A DNA stretch of 64,000 nucleotides from a bacterium UBP8_UBA817 (lineage in GTDB: Bacteria; Margulisbacteria; Marinamargulisbacteria; SXXA01; SICP01): positions 13,298 to 77,297 of the forward strand of contig CAMDGG010000005.1 in NCBI GenBank assembly GCA_945898045.1, given 5' to 3'. The translations under genes were made by a program, and so were the position numbers. Below the pieces are notes generated by a model that had not been told where the DNA came from, made no database searches, and saw nothing but the letters and a program-made list of their open reading frames with translations. The first letter of the stretch is position 1. Each line of letters opens with the position of its first letter. This document shows, one piece after another, positions 1 to 8,539 of this stretch.

Positions 1-98
1 GCTGCACTTATAACTTTTGGGGGTTGGAAAAATAAGTTTCTGCATTACAAACTTATTGATAAAAACCGAAAAAAATTTCACATTTTTTTACAAATTTT

Positions 99-1439
99 CT
101 AGCGTATCATTTCCTTTAAAAACCCATACGGATAAATCGATGAGTGTCCATCACTCCAATTAATCCCCACCGCGTAATTTCCAATCGCTCTAAGCGTGAG
201 TACCTCCACATCTTTCGGAACGCGGGCTGGATCTAAAACGCGTACACCTGTCATCTCATTCACACAATGCGCGCACTGACACGCCACACGCAACTCCCAA
301 TGCTCTAAAACAACAGGGTCACGGTCTACATACTCCAACACCACCCCTTTTCCAGGAACCGTCGAAATAGCAGGCACATCTGTGTGAACCTCACGCAATC
401 TAGCGACTTCCGAAACAACAAAATTAGCCAACTCCAAAAAATTCTTAGCCGCAGCAGAACTTGGGTGACGAATCACTAGCGGCACACCCGTATCGCCCGC
501 TTCTGACACAGACGCTAAAATCGGCATCTCCACCGTATGTTTAAATCCATACTCACGCTCTAATTTCTTTAACGCCCCCTGTCCAAATGGATAATACGTC
601 TTGCCATCATCCCCCACAAAAAAACTCATATTCTGTACAACAGCCACCGTCGGCACTTTCACTTTATCAAACATCTGTATACCCTTCACCACATCCACAT
701 AACTCAATTGCTGCGGTGTCGTCACCAAAACAGACGCCACAATCGGCACCATCTGCGTCAACGTCAATTGCACATCACCAGTTCCTGGAGGCATATCAAT
801 AATTAAATAATCCAACTCGCCCCATTTTGTGCCTGTCAGTAATTGATTAATCACCTGAGACACAATCGGCCCACGCATAATCGCCGCATCATCTTCTTGT
901 GCAGGATCTTTCGCAAATCCAAACGACATCAACGACACGCCGGCATGTTCAAAAGGTAAAATTAAAGCCCCCTCAAACTTAACCTGCCTATCTTCTATAT
1001 GCACCATCGTCGGCAAGCTCGGCCCATACACATCCGCATCAAAAATCCCCACACGAAAGCCAGACAACGCCAACGAATACGCCAAATTAACCGCCACCGT
1101 CGATTTCCCTACCCCCCCCTTACAACTCGCTACGGCGACAATATGGGAGACGTCTTTCAGGCCATTATAACTGGGTGCAAGTGACGATTGTTTTGGAGAT
1201 GCGGCAATAATCGTCGTTACTTTTTCCACCCAAGGCAACTCCCGAACAGACTCTTCAGAAAAAAACTGATATTGCTCTTTTACTTTCGCATTCACATCAG
1301 GCAAATGCAGATGGTAATAGACTTTACTACCCGTCACTTTTAAATGGCTCACATACCCCAACTCAACGATATCTTCTTGTTGGTCGGGATCAATAATCAA
1401 ACGCAACTGCGCCCAAACTTCATTTTCTTTATCTGTCAT
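99..1439 (-). CDS. mrp: Mrp/ApbC/NBP35-type Fe-S cluster carrier ATPase with HCF101-like architecture (DUF59-like N-terminus, P-loop core, DUF971-like C-terminus)
   Basis: 446-aa ORF with deviant Walker A CKGGVGKST. N-terminal LRLIIDPDQQEDIVELGYV is DUF59-like. C-terminal CQCAHC...GNYAVGINWSDGHSSIY is DUF971-like. Its ATG overlaps the miaB stop (TAATG). Confidence 0.85.
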   Translation of the reverse strand: MTDKENEVWAQLRLIIDPDQQEDIVELGYVSHLKVTGSKVYYHLHLPDVNAKVKEQYQFFSEESVRELPWVEKVTTIIAASPKQSSLAPSYNGLKDVSHIVAVASCKGGVGKSTVAVNLAYSLALSGFRVGIFDADVYGPSLPTMVHIEDRQVKFEGALILPFEHAGVSLMSFGFAKDPAQEDDAAIMRGPIVSQVINQLLTGTKWGELDYLIIDMPPGTGDVQLTLTQMVPIVASVLVTTPQQLSYVDVVKGIQMFDKVKVPTVAVVQNMSFFVGDDGKTYYPFGQGALKKLEREYGFKHTVEMPILASVSEAGDTGVPLVIRHPSSAAAKNFLELANFVVSEVARLREVHTDVPAISTVPGKGVVLEYVDRDPVVLEHWELRVACQCAHCVNEMTGVRVLDPARVPKDVEVLTLRAIGNYAVGINWSDGHSSIYPYGFLKEMIR

Positions 1440-2767
1440 TATAATCGTCCTATCGCAACACCACGCACCATATGCGGCGTAGCCTCCGTAATCTGCACTT
1501 TCACATACTCACCCAACGCATACTCGCCATTACCAGGAAACATCACAAGCGTATTCCCATCTGTGCGCCCAACAACGGCATTAGGATCTTTACGGCTACC
1601 TAACTTATCCACCAAACTCACAACTGTTTTGCCAACATAAGATAAATTTTTCTTGTACGTGATTTCATTCTGAAGCGCCACCAAATCCACAATACGTCGT
1701 GTTTTTTCTGCTTCTGGAACATCATCTTTAAACCGAGAACTAGCCAACGTATTAGGTCGTTCCGAATACTTAAACATATACGACACATCAAATTCCACAC
1801 GTCGCACCACATCCATCGTTTCTTCAAACTCTTCCGCAGTTTCCGTACAAAATCCAACTATAATATCCGTACTCAACACCACATCAGGCATTATAGCCCG
1901 CGCTTCATCCACCAATGCAAAAAATTCTTCCCGCGTATACGTCCGGTTCATTTTTTCCAAAACACGGTTATTCCCAGCCTGAAGCGGCATATGAATTTGT
2001 TTGCAAATATTGTCACGCTCGGCCATCAACTTTAATAATTTAGTCGGATAATCCTTGGGATGCGGCGACATATATCTGATCCGTCTAAGGCCAACCACAT
2101 CACTCACCATAGCCATCAAATCGGTAAAATCCGTTTCTTCATAGCGATACGAATTCACATTCTGACCTAATAGCGTCACTTGCGTAATGCCCTCAGACAC
2201 CAAACGATTCACTTCTTCCAAAATACTCTTCGGATCACGGCTGCGTTCACGACCACGCGTATGCGGCACTACACAAAACGTACAATAATTATTACATCCA
2301 CGCATAATCGAAATCAGGGCATTCACGCCACCCGCTTCACGCGTTGGATAAATATCCTGATAGGTCTCAAATTCTGACAACGTAATATTAAACTGTTTCT
2401 CACCCGTCTCAGAAACCGCATCAATCAACTGCGGTAAATTCTTATAACTATCGGGCCCAGCAATAAAATCAATTCCCAAACTCGGATTCTCTAAAAGTTT
2501 CCGGCGAAAATTCGTCGCCATACATCCCAAAACCCCCACCAAAACTGGCGCATTCTTTTCCCGTGCATGTCTAATTTCATGCACCCGATTAAACACCTTC
2601 CGATTCGCATTATCCCGAACCGAACACGTATTCAACATCACTACATCTGCCTCTAACTCCGTCGGCACAAACGTATAGTCTGCGGCAGACAAAATCGTCT
2701 TAACAAGTTCGGTATCCGACACATTCATCTGACAACCGTAGGTTTCTACGAAGACTTTTTTATTCAT
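1439..2767 (-). CDS. miaB: tRNA-i6A37 methylthiotransferase MiaB (radical SAM)
   Basis: 442 aa. N-terminal VETYGCQMN, radical-SAM CNNYCTFCVVP and a C-terminal TRAM-like end. ATGA overlap with the upstream small ORF. Confidence 0.85.
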   Translation of the reverse strand: MNKKVFVETYGCQMNVSDTELVKTILSAADYTFVPTELEADVVMLNTCSVRDNANRKVFNRVHEIRHAREKNAPVLVGVLGCMATNFRRKLLENPSLGIDFIAGPDSYKNLPQLIDAVSETGEKQFNITLSEFETYQDIYPTREAGGVNALISIMRGCNNYCTFCVVPHTRGRERSRDPKSILEEVNRLVSEGITQVTLLGQNVNSYRYEETDFTDLMAMVSDVVGLRRIRYMSPHPKDYPTKLLKLMAERDNICKQIHMPLQAGNNRVLEKMNRTYTREEFFALVDEARAIMPDVVLSTDIIVGFCTETAEEFEETMDVVRRVEFDVSYMFKYSERPNTLASSRFKDDVPEAEKTRRIVDLVALQNEITYKKNLSYVGKTVVSLVDKLGSRKDPNAVVGRTDGNTLVMFPGNGEYALGEYVKVQITEATPHMVRGVAIGRL

Positions 2768-3087
2768 TTAGGAACCAACTTCTTTTTAAAAGGATTAAAA
2801 TAACGGCTATAATATTTTCTTAGAAATTCTTCATCCTTAGCTTCTAAAATAACAATCTCATGCATCACGTTTTCTTTTAAACGTTTCAATTCCAAATTGA
2901 TCCGTTCCTTTTGCACCAAAAGCAACTGAGATTTATCAAATTTTTTATAAGTCACTAACTGTTGTTTAGAACGATCAAATTCAATAAGAAATAACATAAC
3001 CCCAAAGTATACCCAAATTAACCCAGCAAGACCATTACCCACCCCGTCACGCTTTTTGCGTGCCACAACTCCCAAGAGGGGAATCAC
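2764..3087 (-). CDS. small membrane protein with one TM helix and a coiled coil (possibly FtsB/DivIC-like)
   Basis: 107 aa with TM segment GLAGLIWVYFGVMLFLIEF followed by a heptad-like K/E/L-rich segment. GTG start lies in the loop of a strong hairpin, so the start is uncertain. Stop overlaps the miaB start. Confidence 0.3.
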   Translation of the reverse strand: MIPLLGVVARKKRDGVGNGLAGLIWVYFGVMLFLIEFDRSKQQLVTYKKFDKSQLLLVQKERINLELKRLKENVMHEIVILEAKDEEFLRKYYSRYFNPFKKKLVPK

Positions 3088-3107
3088 TAAAACTCCCCTC
3101 TTGGGAG
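3069..3107 (-). promoter_or_regulatory. perfect 14-bp GC-rich stem-loop (CTCCCAAGAGGGGA, 11-nt loop, TCCCCTCTTGGGAG) between the MNT gene and the ftsB-like ORF
   Basis: Inverted repeat read directly. No U-tract follows on either strand. The candidate GTG start of the downstream ORF sits in the loop. Confidence 0.4.
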
Positions 3108-3138
3108 GGGGCTAGGGGGTGGGTAAAACGTACACCTA

Positions 3139-3456
3139 CTATAACTCCAACCTAACCGATTCTTTAGTAATAATTTCTCGAAAACTATCCGTAAGACCTG
3201 CCCAATCAGTCACATCTACTAAAAACGGCAAATCACTTTCACTCAAAGCTTCTCGCAAACGTGACATGGATTGCCAAGGAAAAAATTCGGTTAGATTTTT
3301 CGGATTACGCAACACCAAATCCAAATCACTCGCATCATAAGCCGTCCCTTTTGCACGACTCCCATAAACCCAAACTTCTGCATCGGGCATATAGGCACGT
3401 AAAAGTCGCTTTACAATAGCCAAATACTCTTCACGGATATCAATCGTATTAGCCAT
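3139..3456 (-). CDS. minimal nucleotidyltransferase (MNT-type antitoxin-like)
   Basis: GS-x9-SDLDL motif (VYGSRAKGTAYDASDLDLVL). Start refined to MANTIDIREEY at 3456, giving an 8-nt overlap (ATGGCTAA) with the HEPN gene stop. Confidence 0.75.
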   Translation of the reverse strand: MANTIDIREEYLAIVKRLLRAYMPDAEVWVYGSRAKGTAYDASDLDLVLRNPKNLTEFFPWQSMSRLREALSESDLPFLVDVTDWAGLTDSFREIITKESVRLEL

Positions 3457-3862
3457 ACTTCCTAACCAAGTCTTGATGCAACACCGATGCATCTCTATAA
3501 AATTCTTGAATCATCACCAACACCGTTTCCGCAAAATCTTCTCCATAGTCATGCACCGTATTGTTTCTACTTTCACGATAGCGAAACCAACGCTCAACAT
3601 CCGTCACTAACCCATGCTTCGCAGCATGCCTAAACACATCCTTAAACGTCAATTCATTCACAGACTTTGGATTTCCTGAAAATTCCCGCAATACACGACG
3701 CAAACTTTTGCCTGCCATTTCCAAAGTCATCTCAAAACTTTTAATGACTGAATTACGATACACCTCATACTCTACAGTATCTTCCTGAGCAGAATCTAAA
3801 CACCTCAATGAACGCTCAAGCGTCTGAAGACAACGGCCAAATGGCTCAAAATTCAACCCCAT
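3449..3862 (-). CDS. HEPN-domain protein, HI0074-type nucleotidyltransferase substrate-binding family (toxin-like)
   Basis: 137 aa, all-helical, R-x4-H motif (RNNTVH). GGAGG about 9 nt upstream of the ATG. Paired with the MNT gene. Confidence 0.75.
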   Translation of the reverse strand: MGLNFEPFGRCLQTLERSLRCLDSAQEDTVEYEVYRNSVIKSFEMTLEMAGKSLRRVLREFSGNPKSVNELTFKDVFRHAAKHGLVTDVERWFRYRESRNNTVHDYGEDFAETVLVMIQEFYRDASVLHQDLVRKYG

Positions 3863-3981
3863 AAATATACCTCCAAAGGAAACCTAAATGATACCTATCT
3901 GAAGTATATCCAAATTAACCCAACAAGACGAGTCCCAGCTCAAATGAGGTAAAATCAAAAACCAATGTTAGACTAAAAAAC

Positions 3982-4536
3982 ATGCTGAAAATTATTGCAA
4001 GTCCACACATAAAATTAGACTCAAAAAATTGGTGCTTCCCCTTATCAATGAGCTATCTCTTAGATTTAAATCTTGAACCAGAAGACCTTCAACATTTACA
4101 CGAGAGACATGTGACCGAAACAAGCCTGGGCCACTATCTCCCACAGGATCTTCAAGAAAAATATCAAGTGCAAGAAAAACGTAGTGAAGTTTTATTTCCT
4201 GAGGCCCTAGAGATCAAAAGCATAAGCAAACTCTTAGCGCCTTACCTAATCACAGAAGAAAAGAATAAAGGCTATCTGATCTTCATCACATATCCACAGG
4301 CCCCGCTAGCGCACTGTATTACGATCAAAAACGAAACCTACAGGAAAGTTGCGTTTAGTAGCAGAAACGAACAAGACTCCCCCCCTTTTATACTTCTTAA
4401 CAAATTTAGACAAGGAGCCGAAACGCTATTTACCCCAGTTCAAAATCATGACGACATCGCACATTTTTTACTAACAGAATTAGCACATCCCACAGAAATC
4501 CCCACGCTACAAATCGTCAAGTACGCGTCCCTATAA
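3982..4536 (+). CDS. hypothetical protein, possibly a papain-fold (C39/BtrH-like) cysteine peptidase
   Basis: 184 aa. Cys18 in NWCFPLSMSYLL, His111 in a strand-like context (PLAHCITIK), and N129/D132 at triad-like spacing. No homology search was possible. Confidence 0.35.
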   Translation: MLKIIASPHIKLDSKNWCFPLSMSYLLDLNLEPEDLQHLHERHVTETSLGHYLPQDLQEKYQVQEKRSEVLFPEALEIKSISKLLAPYLITEEKNKGYLIFITYPQAPLAHCITIKNETYRKVAFSSRNEQDSPPFILLNKFRQGAETLFTPVQNHDDIAHFLLTELAHPTEIPTLQIVKYASL

Positions 4537-5424
4537 GCAATCGAGTATCCAATTGCAAGCATTTTTTTTCAAAGAAGCATTCTCTTCATGGCTAGAACTA
4601 CTCGCCCGAATATCATATAAAACTTCTTTTGCTAACGCTTTAAATCTCGCACGAACAGATTCTAAATCCAATCCCAACACTTTATAAACATCTTTTATAC
4701 GAATTCCAAAAAGCTCATGTTCACTCCAATCATGATCAGAAATCGTATCAGGAACTTCAATAGCATGAACCAGTCTTTCAACATTCGTTCCCTCAGCCGC
4801 TTGAAATTTAACAGGATTAATACTCAAATTATCAGGCTTAAAATCCACAACAAAATAAGGCTGATCAGGCAATTTCCAAGAATGAATCACCTTTGCAAAT
4901 AAAGTAAAAAGAAGTTCAGCCAAAACCTCTTTAGAATGATCCTGCTTTGACAAAAAATCAGCTTGATCAATTTGTCGCATTATTACCCGACGATTTGCAG
5001 AAAGATCTTCTCGAGAATTAAGAATGGGCACACAAGAAATACCTGCCCGCTCCAAGCCGTCTAACTCCGTAAAGGCCCTCACAAGGTTAGCTTGAGATAT
5101 CGGTCGTTTACGAAACTCTGGTTCTTTAGGCTGTTTTAATACAACCGGGTAAGGATACTGTTGAAGCAAATCAAATTCATAGCCAAGATTTTCAGTAGCA
5201 ACCACCAAAGCTACAGTCATAAAATTACCTGTACCTAAAGTTCTTACCAACCTCAATCCCTTTTCAGGATTAACAACAGATTCTTTACAACGTTTTGCAC
5301 GCGGCTCTGCGTCATCATTAAAAAGACAGGAAGAACCAATAACACCTAGTCTAGACAATAAAGCCCGCCCAGCGGGTCTTCTGACAGGACCACCCCATAA
5401 ATCTGCAGCAACAACTTTCTTCAT
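4531..5424 (-). CDS. hypothetical protein with protein-kinase-like motifs (atypical kinase fold)
   Basis: 297 aa. G-loop-like LGTGNFMTV, VVLK (beta3 Lys-like) and catalytic-loop-like VDFKPDNL. No clear DFG or APE. AGGAG sits upstream of the ATG. Confidence 0.4.
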   Translation of the reverse strand: MKKVVAADLWGGPVRRPAGRALLSRLGVIGSSCLFNDDAEPRAKRCKESVVNPEKGLRLVRTLGTGNFMTVALVVATENLGYEFDLLQQYPYPVVLKQPKEPEFRKRPISQANLVRAFTELDGLERAGISCVPILNSREDLSANRRVIMRQIDQADFLSKQDHSKEVLAELLFTLFAKVIHSWKLPDQPYFVVDFKPDNLSINPVKFQAAEGTNVERLVHAIEVPDTISDHDWSEHELFGIRIKDVYKVLGLDLESVRARFKALAKEVLYDIRASSSSHEENASLKKNACNWILDCL

Positions 5425-5445
5425 AAAATCTCCTAATATTCTTAA

Positions 5446-5475
5446 AATAAAAAAACCGAGCTTTCGCCCGGCCCC
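5446..5475 (-). terminator. rho-independent terminator downstream of nfu
   Basis: The minus strand reads GGGGCCGGGCGAAAGCTCGGTTTTTTTATTTT: a short GC stem with one mismatch, a GAAA loop, then a T7 tract. Confidence 0.6.
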
Positions 5476-5535
5476 TTTATTAAGTTATCGAAAATTTTAT
5501 GGAAAAAATTTCAGTAAATTTTATACGTGTGAAAT

Positions 5536-6102
5536 CTAAACCTGAACCACTTCCCGCAAACCAGGAATCTCTTCTTTCAAACGATTCTCAATTCCCATTT
5601 TCAACGTCATAATCGAGCTCGGGCAAGAGCTACAAGCCCCTTGCAAATGCAACGTCAAAATCCCGTCTTCATAACGATCAAACGTAATATCACCACCATC
5701 CATCGCAACAGCCGGTCTGATTTCATTATCCAAAATGGTTTTAATTTTTACTACGTCTTCAGATTCACCTTCAGAAGAAGCCGCTTGCTGACGATGCGCT
5801 TCATCAATCAATTCATCACCTGAGGAAACAGCATCTTCAATCGCATCAATTAACGCCTCGGCCATATCAGACCAATCCACCGAAGCCGCCTTAGTAACCG
5901 ATACAAAATTAGTACCGATCATCACGCCCTCAACCCCATCCAGCCCAAACAAATACTCAGGCAAATAAGAACCCGCCGCTGCATCCCGATTTGGAAAATT
6001 AAAACTTCCCGATTCAAACAAATCCCGATCCAACAAAAATTTCAATGTATTTGGATTGGGTGTCACTTGCGCGGTAATACCTACTTTTCTTGTATTGCTC
6101 AT
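5536..6102 (-). CDS. nfu: Nfu/NifU-type Fe-S cluster scaffold/carrier
   Basis: Nfu_N-like N-terminus (TPNPNTLKF) and a C-terminal NifU CxxC (GACSSCPSS). Start refined to MSNTRKV, which has AAGGAG 8 nt upstream. Confidence 0.8.
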   Translation of the reverse strand: MSNTRKVGITAQVTPNPNTLKFLLDRDLFESGSFNFPNRDAAAGSYLPEYLFGLDGVEGVMIGTNFVSVTKAASVDWSDMAEALIDAIEDAVSSGDELIDEAHRQQAASSEGESEDVVKIKTILDNEIRPAVAMDGGDITFDRYEDGILTLHLQGACSSCPSSIMTLKMGIENRLKEEIPGLREVVQV

Positions 6103-6130
6103 AATAAAATCTCCTTGGATTTTAAAAAAA

Positions 6131-6577
6131 TTATTCCGTACTAATTTCCACAACGCCTTCCAACGCCGCTTCTAATGCTCGCCAGATGAGGGTAGCACAT
6201 TTCACCCGAATGGGATATTTCTTCACCCCTTCAAACACCATCAATTTTCCCAATAAAGCCCGATCAGCACCCACACCCTCTTGCATCAACAACGTCAAAA
6301 AAGCGTCCTTAATCAGCAACGCTTCTTGAACCGTTTTTCCCAACACCAGCTCCGTCATCATCGAGGCGCTAGACTTAGAAATCGCACACCCACTTCCCTG
6401 AAATCCAATCGAAGAAAGCACGTTATCATTAATCTCAACCGAAAGATGATATTCATCACCACACAACGGGTTTTTTCCAAACGCTGTATGCGTAGGGTTT
6501 TCAATCGCCTCAAAATGCCGCGGGTGTTTATTGTGTTCCAAAATCATATCTTGATACAACTGCTCCAATCGACTCAT
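6131..6577 (-). CDS. sufU: SufU/IscU-like sulfur-transfer/scaffold protein
   Basis: Motifs NPLCGDEY and GSGCAISKSSASMMTE. Start refined to MSRLEQLY, which overlaps the sufS stop. Confidence 0.8.
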   Translation of the reverse strand: MSRLEQLYQDMILEHNKHPRHFEAIENPTHTAFGKNPLCGDEYHLSVEINDNVLSSIGFQGSGCAISKSSASMMTELVLGKTVQEALLIKDAFLTLLMQEGVGADRALLGKLMVFEGVKKYPIRVKCATLIWRALEAALEGVVEISTE

Positions 6578-7809
6578 GTTAAAAGCTCCTGGCAACGCTT
6601 TACACCTGCCACCAACCGATCTATCTCTTCTGTCGTATTATAAAAGGCAAATGACGCCCGCGCCGTCGCCGGAACCCCAAACCGTTTCATCACCGGCTGT
6701 GCACAATGATGCCCAGCCCGAATCGCAATACCCAAATCATCCATCACCGTTCCAATATCATGAGGATGCACGCCATCAATCGCAAACGACAGCACCGACG
6801 CCTTTTCAGACGCCGTACCAATAATCGTCACACCAGATAATTTCTCAAACTGCTCTGTCGCATACGCAAGCAATAGTGATTCTTGTTTCTGAATAAAATC
6901 GAAACCAATAGTCTGTACATACCGAATAGCTTCCGCAAACCCAATGACTTCTGCAATTGCAGGGGTTCCCGCTTCAAACCGAGCCGGCGCTTTCGCAAAC
7001 GTTGTCTTCTCAAACGTCACCGACTCAATCATATCCCCACCCGTCTGATACGGCGGCATACGATTCAAAAGATCTTCTTTGCCATACAGCACACCCACAC
7101 CCGTCGGCCCATACAATTTATGAGACGAAAAGACGTAAAAATCACAATCCAACGATTGAACATCTACTTGAAAATGCGATACGGCCTGCGCACCATCAAT
7201 CAAGACTTTTGCCCCAACCCCATGCGCCAATTTAACAATTTCAGAAACCGGATTCACCGTCCCAAGCGCATTAGACACATGCACCATCGATACCAACTTA
7301 GTTCGATCTGACAACAAGCTCTGAAAATCAGACATCAAAATAGAGCCATCATCCTGAAGAGGAACCACACGCAAGACTGCACCCGTGAATTCACAGACCT
7401 GCTGCCACGGCACGATATTGGCATGATGCTCCATACCCGAAATAACAATTTCATCACCCGCCTTCAAAAAGGCACGGCCAAAAGAATGCGCCACGAGGTT
7501 TATCGCCTCAGTAGTCCCTTTCGTAAAAATAACTTCAGAAATAGAACGGGCATTTAAAAATCCACGAACCGTCTCTCGACTAGATTCATAAAAATCCGTC
7601 GCCTGCTGGCTCAACTGATACACCCCACGATGAATCGTCCCATACTCTTCGGTATAAAATTTATAAAGACGATCCGCCACACACTTCGGCTTCTGCGTCG
7701 TCGCCGCATTATCCAAATAGACCAAAGGAACCCCAGAAGAAGTCGTTGATAAAACAGGGAAATCAGCACGAATCCGATTTAAATCATCAGAAGAAATTGA
7801 AACTGTCAT
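6574..7809 (-). CDS. sufS: cysteine desulfurase SufS (class V aminotransferase, group II)
   Basis: 411 aa. PLP-lysine motif SSHKLYGPTGVG and active-site loop RAGHHCAQP. Confidence 0.9.
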   Translation of the reverse strand: MTVSISSDDLNRIRADFPVLSTTSSGVPLVYLDNAATTQKPKCVADRLYKFYTEEYGTIHRGVYQLSQQATDFYESSRETVRGFLNARSISEVIFTKGTTEAINLVAHSFGRAFLKAGDEIVISGMEHHANIVPWQQVCEFTGAVLRVVPLQDDGSILMSDFQSLLSDRTKLVSMVHVSNALGTVNPVSEIVKLAHGVGAKVLIDGAQAVSHFQVDVQSLDCDFYVFSSHKLYGPTGVGVLYGKEDLLNRMPPYQTGGDMIESVTFEKTTFAKAPARFEAGTPAIAEVIGFAEAIRYVQTIGFDFIQKQESLLLAYATEQFEKLSGVTIIGTASEKASVLSFAIDGVHPHDIGTVMDDLGIAIRAGHHCAQPVMKRFGVPATARASFAFYNTTEEIDRLVAGVKRCQELLT

Positions 7810-7867
7810 AGTGAGTACAAGTTTACAGGGAATTAGCGTGAGGTGGCAAATCGAAAAATAAAAGGAC

Positions 7868-8449
7868 TTAACTACAAAACAAAAACCAGCCGCCTCTGCT
7901 TAAAGATTGCGCCAACTTTTTCTCATGCTCTTTAATCAAAGTCGTTAATTTTTTCTCACAATACACCACCTGTGGACTGGAGACCCCCCCATCCTCATCC
8001 ACGCGGAAGTGACCCTCTCTTTTAAGCGGATAAAAAAAGTTATACGTTGCAACATGAGCTGCTTCTGCCTGAACAGAAAATCCTTTTTTTTGAGAAGTAC
8101 CCATACGCGAACAAAGAGACTTTAAAAAATTAAGAAATATCGTCTTCATCCAACCTTTTCCACGGAACTTTTCAGGCACACGAATATTCAGTAAATAAAG
8201 ACTCGATTCTTTCAACTGAACCTTCATAGAAAAGCATTCTTCACCCATATGGCGACAAATAACATCAATATTTTGGTCAACCTTTTTACACGTAATAACA
8301 CACGCTTCAGACTTCATATCCAAACCAGCCAGTAATGTATGCGCGGAAATACACTCTAAAAATTGTGCCGAAGTAACAGGACTGCTTTTTGGCAACCTTA
8401 GAAAAGGTGCGATTGAATTAACGGCAACTACCTTATGACAAATCCCCAT
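7868..8449 (-). CDS. hypothetical protein, GNAT-like motif, paralog A
   Basis: Alignable over its whole length with the 8540-9115 product. Motif-A-like IRVPEKFRGKGWMKTIFLNFL, then ATYNFFYPL. Start refined to the ATG at MGICHKVVAV, because the track start is a TTG. Confidence 0.4.
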   Translation of the reverse strand: MGICHKVVAVNSIAPFLRLPKSSPVTSAQFLECISAHTLLAGLDMKSEACVITCKKVDQNIDVICRHMGEECFSMKVQLKESSLYLLNIRVPEKFRGKGWMKTIFLNFLKSLCSRMGTSQKKGFSVQAEAAHVATYNFFYPLKREGHFRVDEDGGVSSPQVVYCEKKLTTLIKEHEKKLAQSLSRGGWFLFCS

Positions 8450-8539
8450 ACAGAGTTGTCGAATCAAAAATCCTAAAATTTCACGACCTCGCTATTAAAT
8501 TCTAATGAAATTTTCTAAAAACGAAGACGATAACTAACT

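Noticed and set aside
1112-1119. C8 (coding-strand G8) homopolymer in mrp as a phase-variation tract
   Set aside because: It encodes the invariant GGVGK P-loop of a housekeeping gene (AAG GGG GGG GTA GGG). It is more likely a by-product of the G-rich leading-strand codon bias.
1618-1857. 79-aa minus-strand ORF overlapping miaB in another frame
   Set aside because: It is fully contained within miaB and has no independent support.
6576-7311. Several plus-strand ORFs of 82-142 aa (6576, 6883, 6957)
   Set aside because: They are shadow ORFs inside sufS. Their products are proline/histidine/arginine-rich nonsense.
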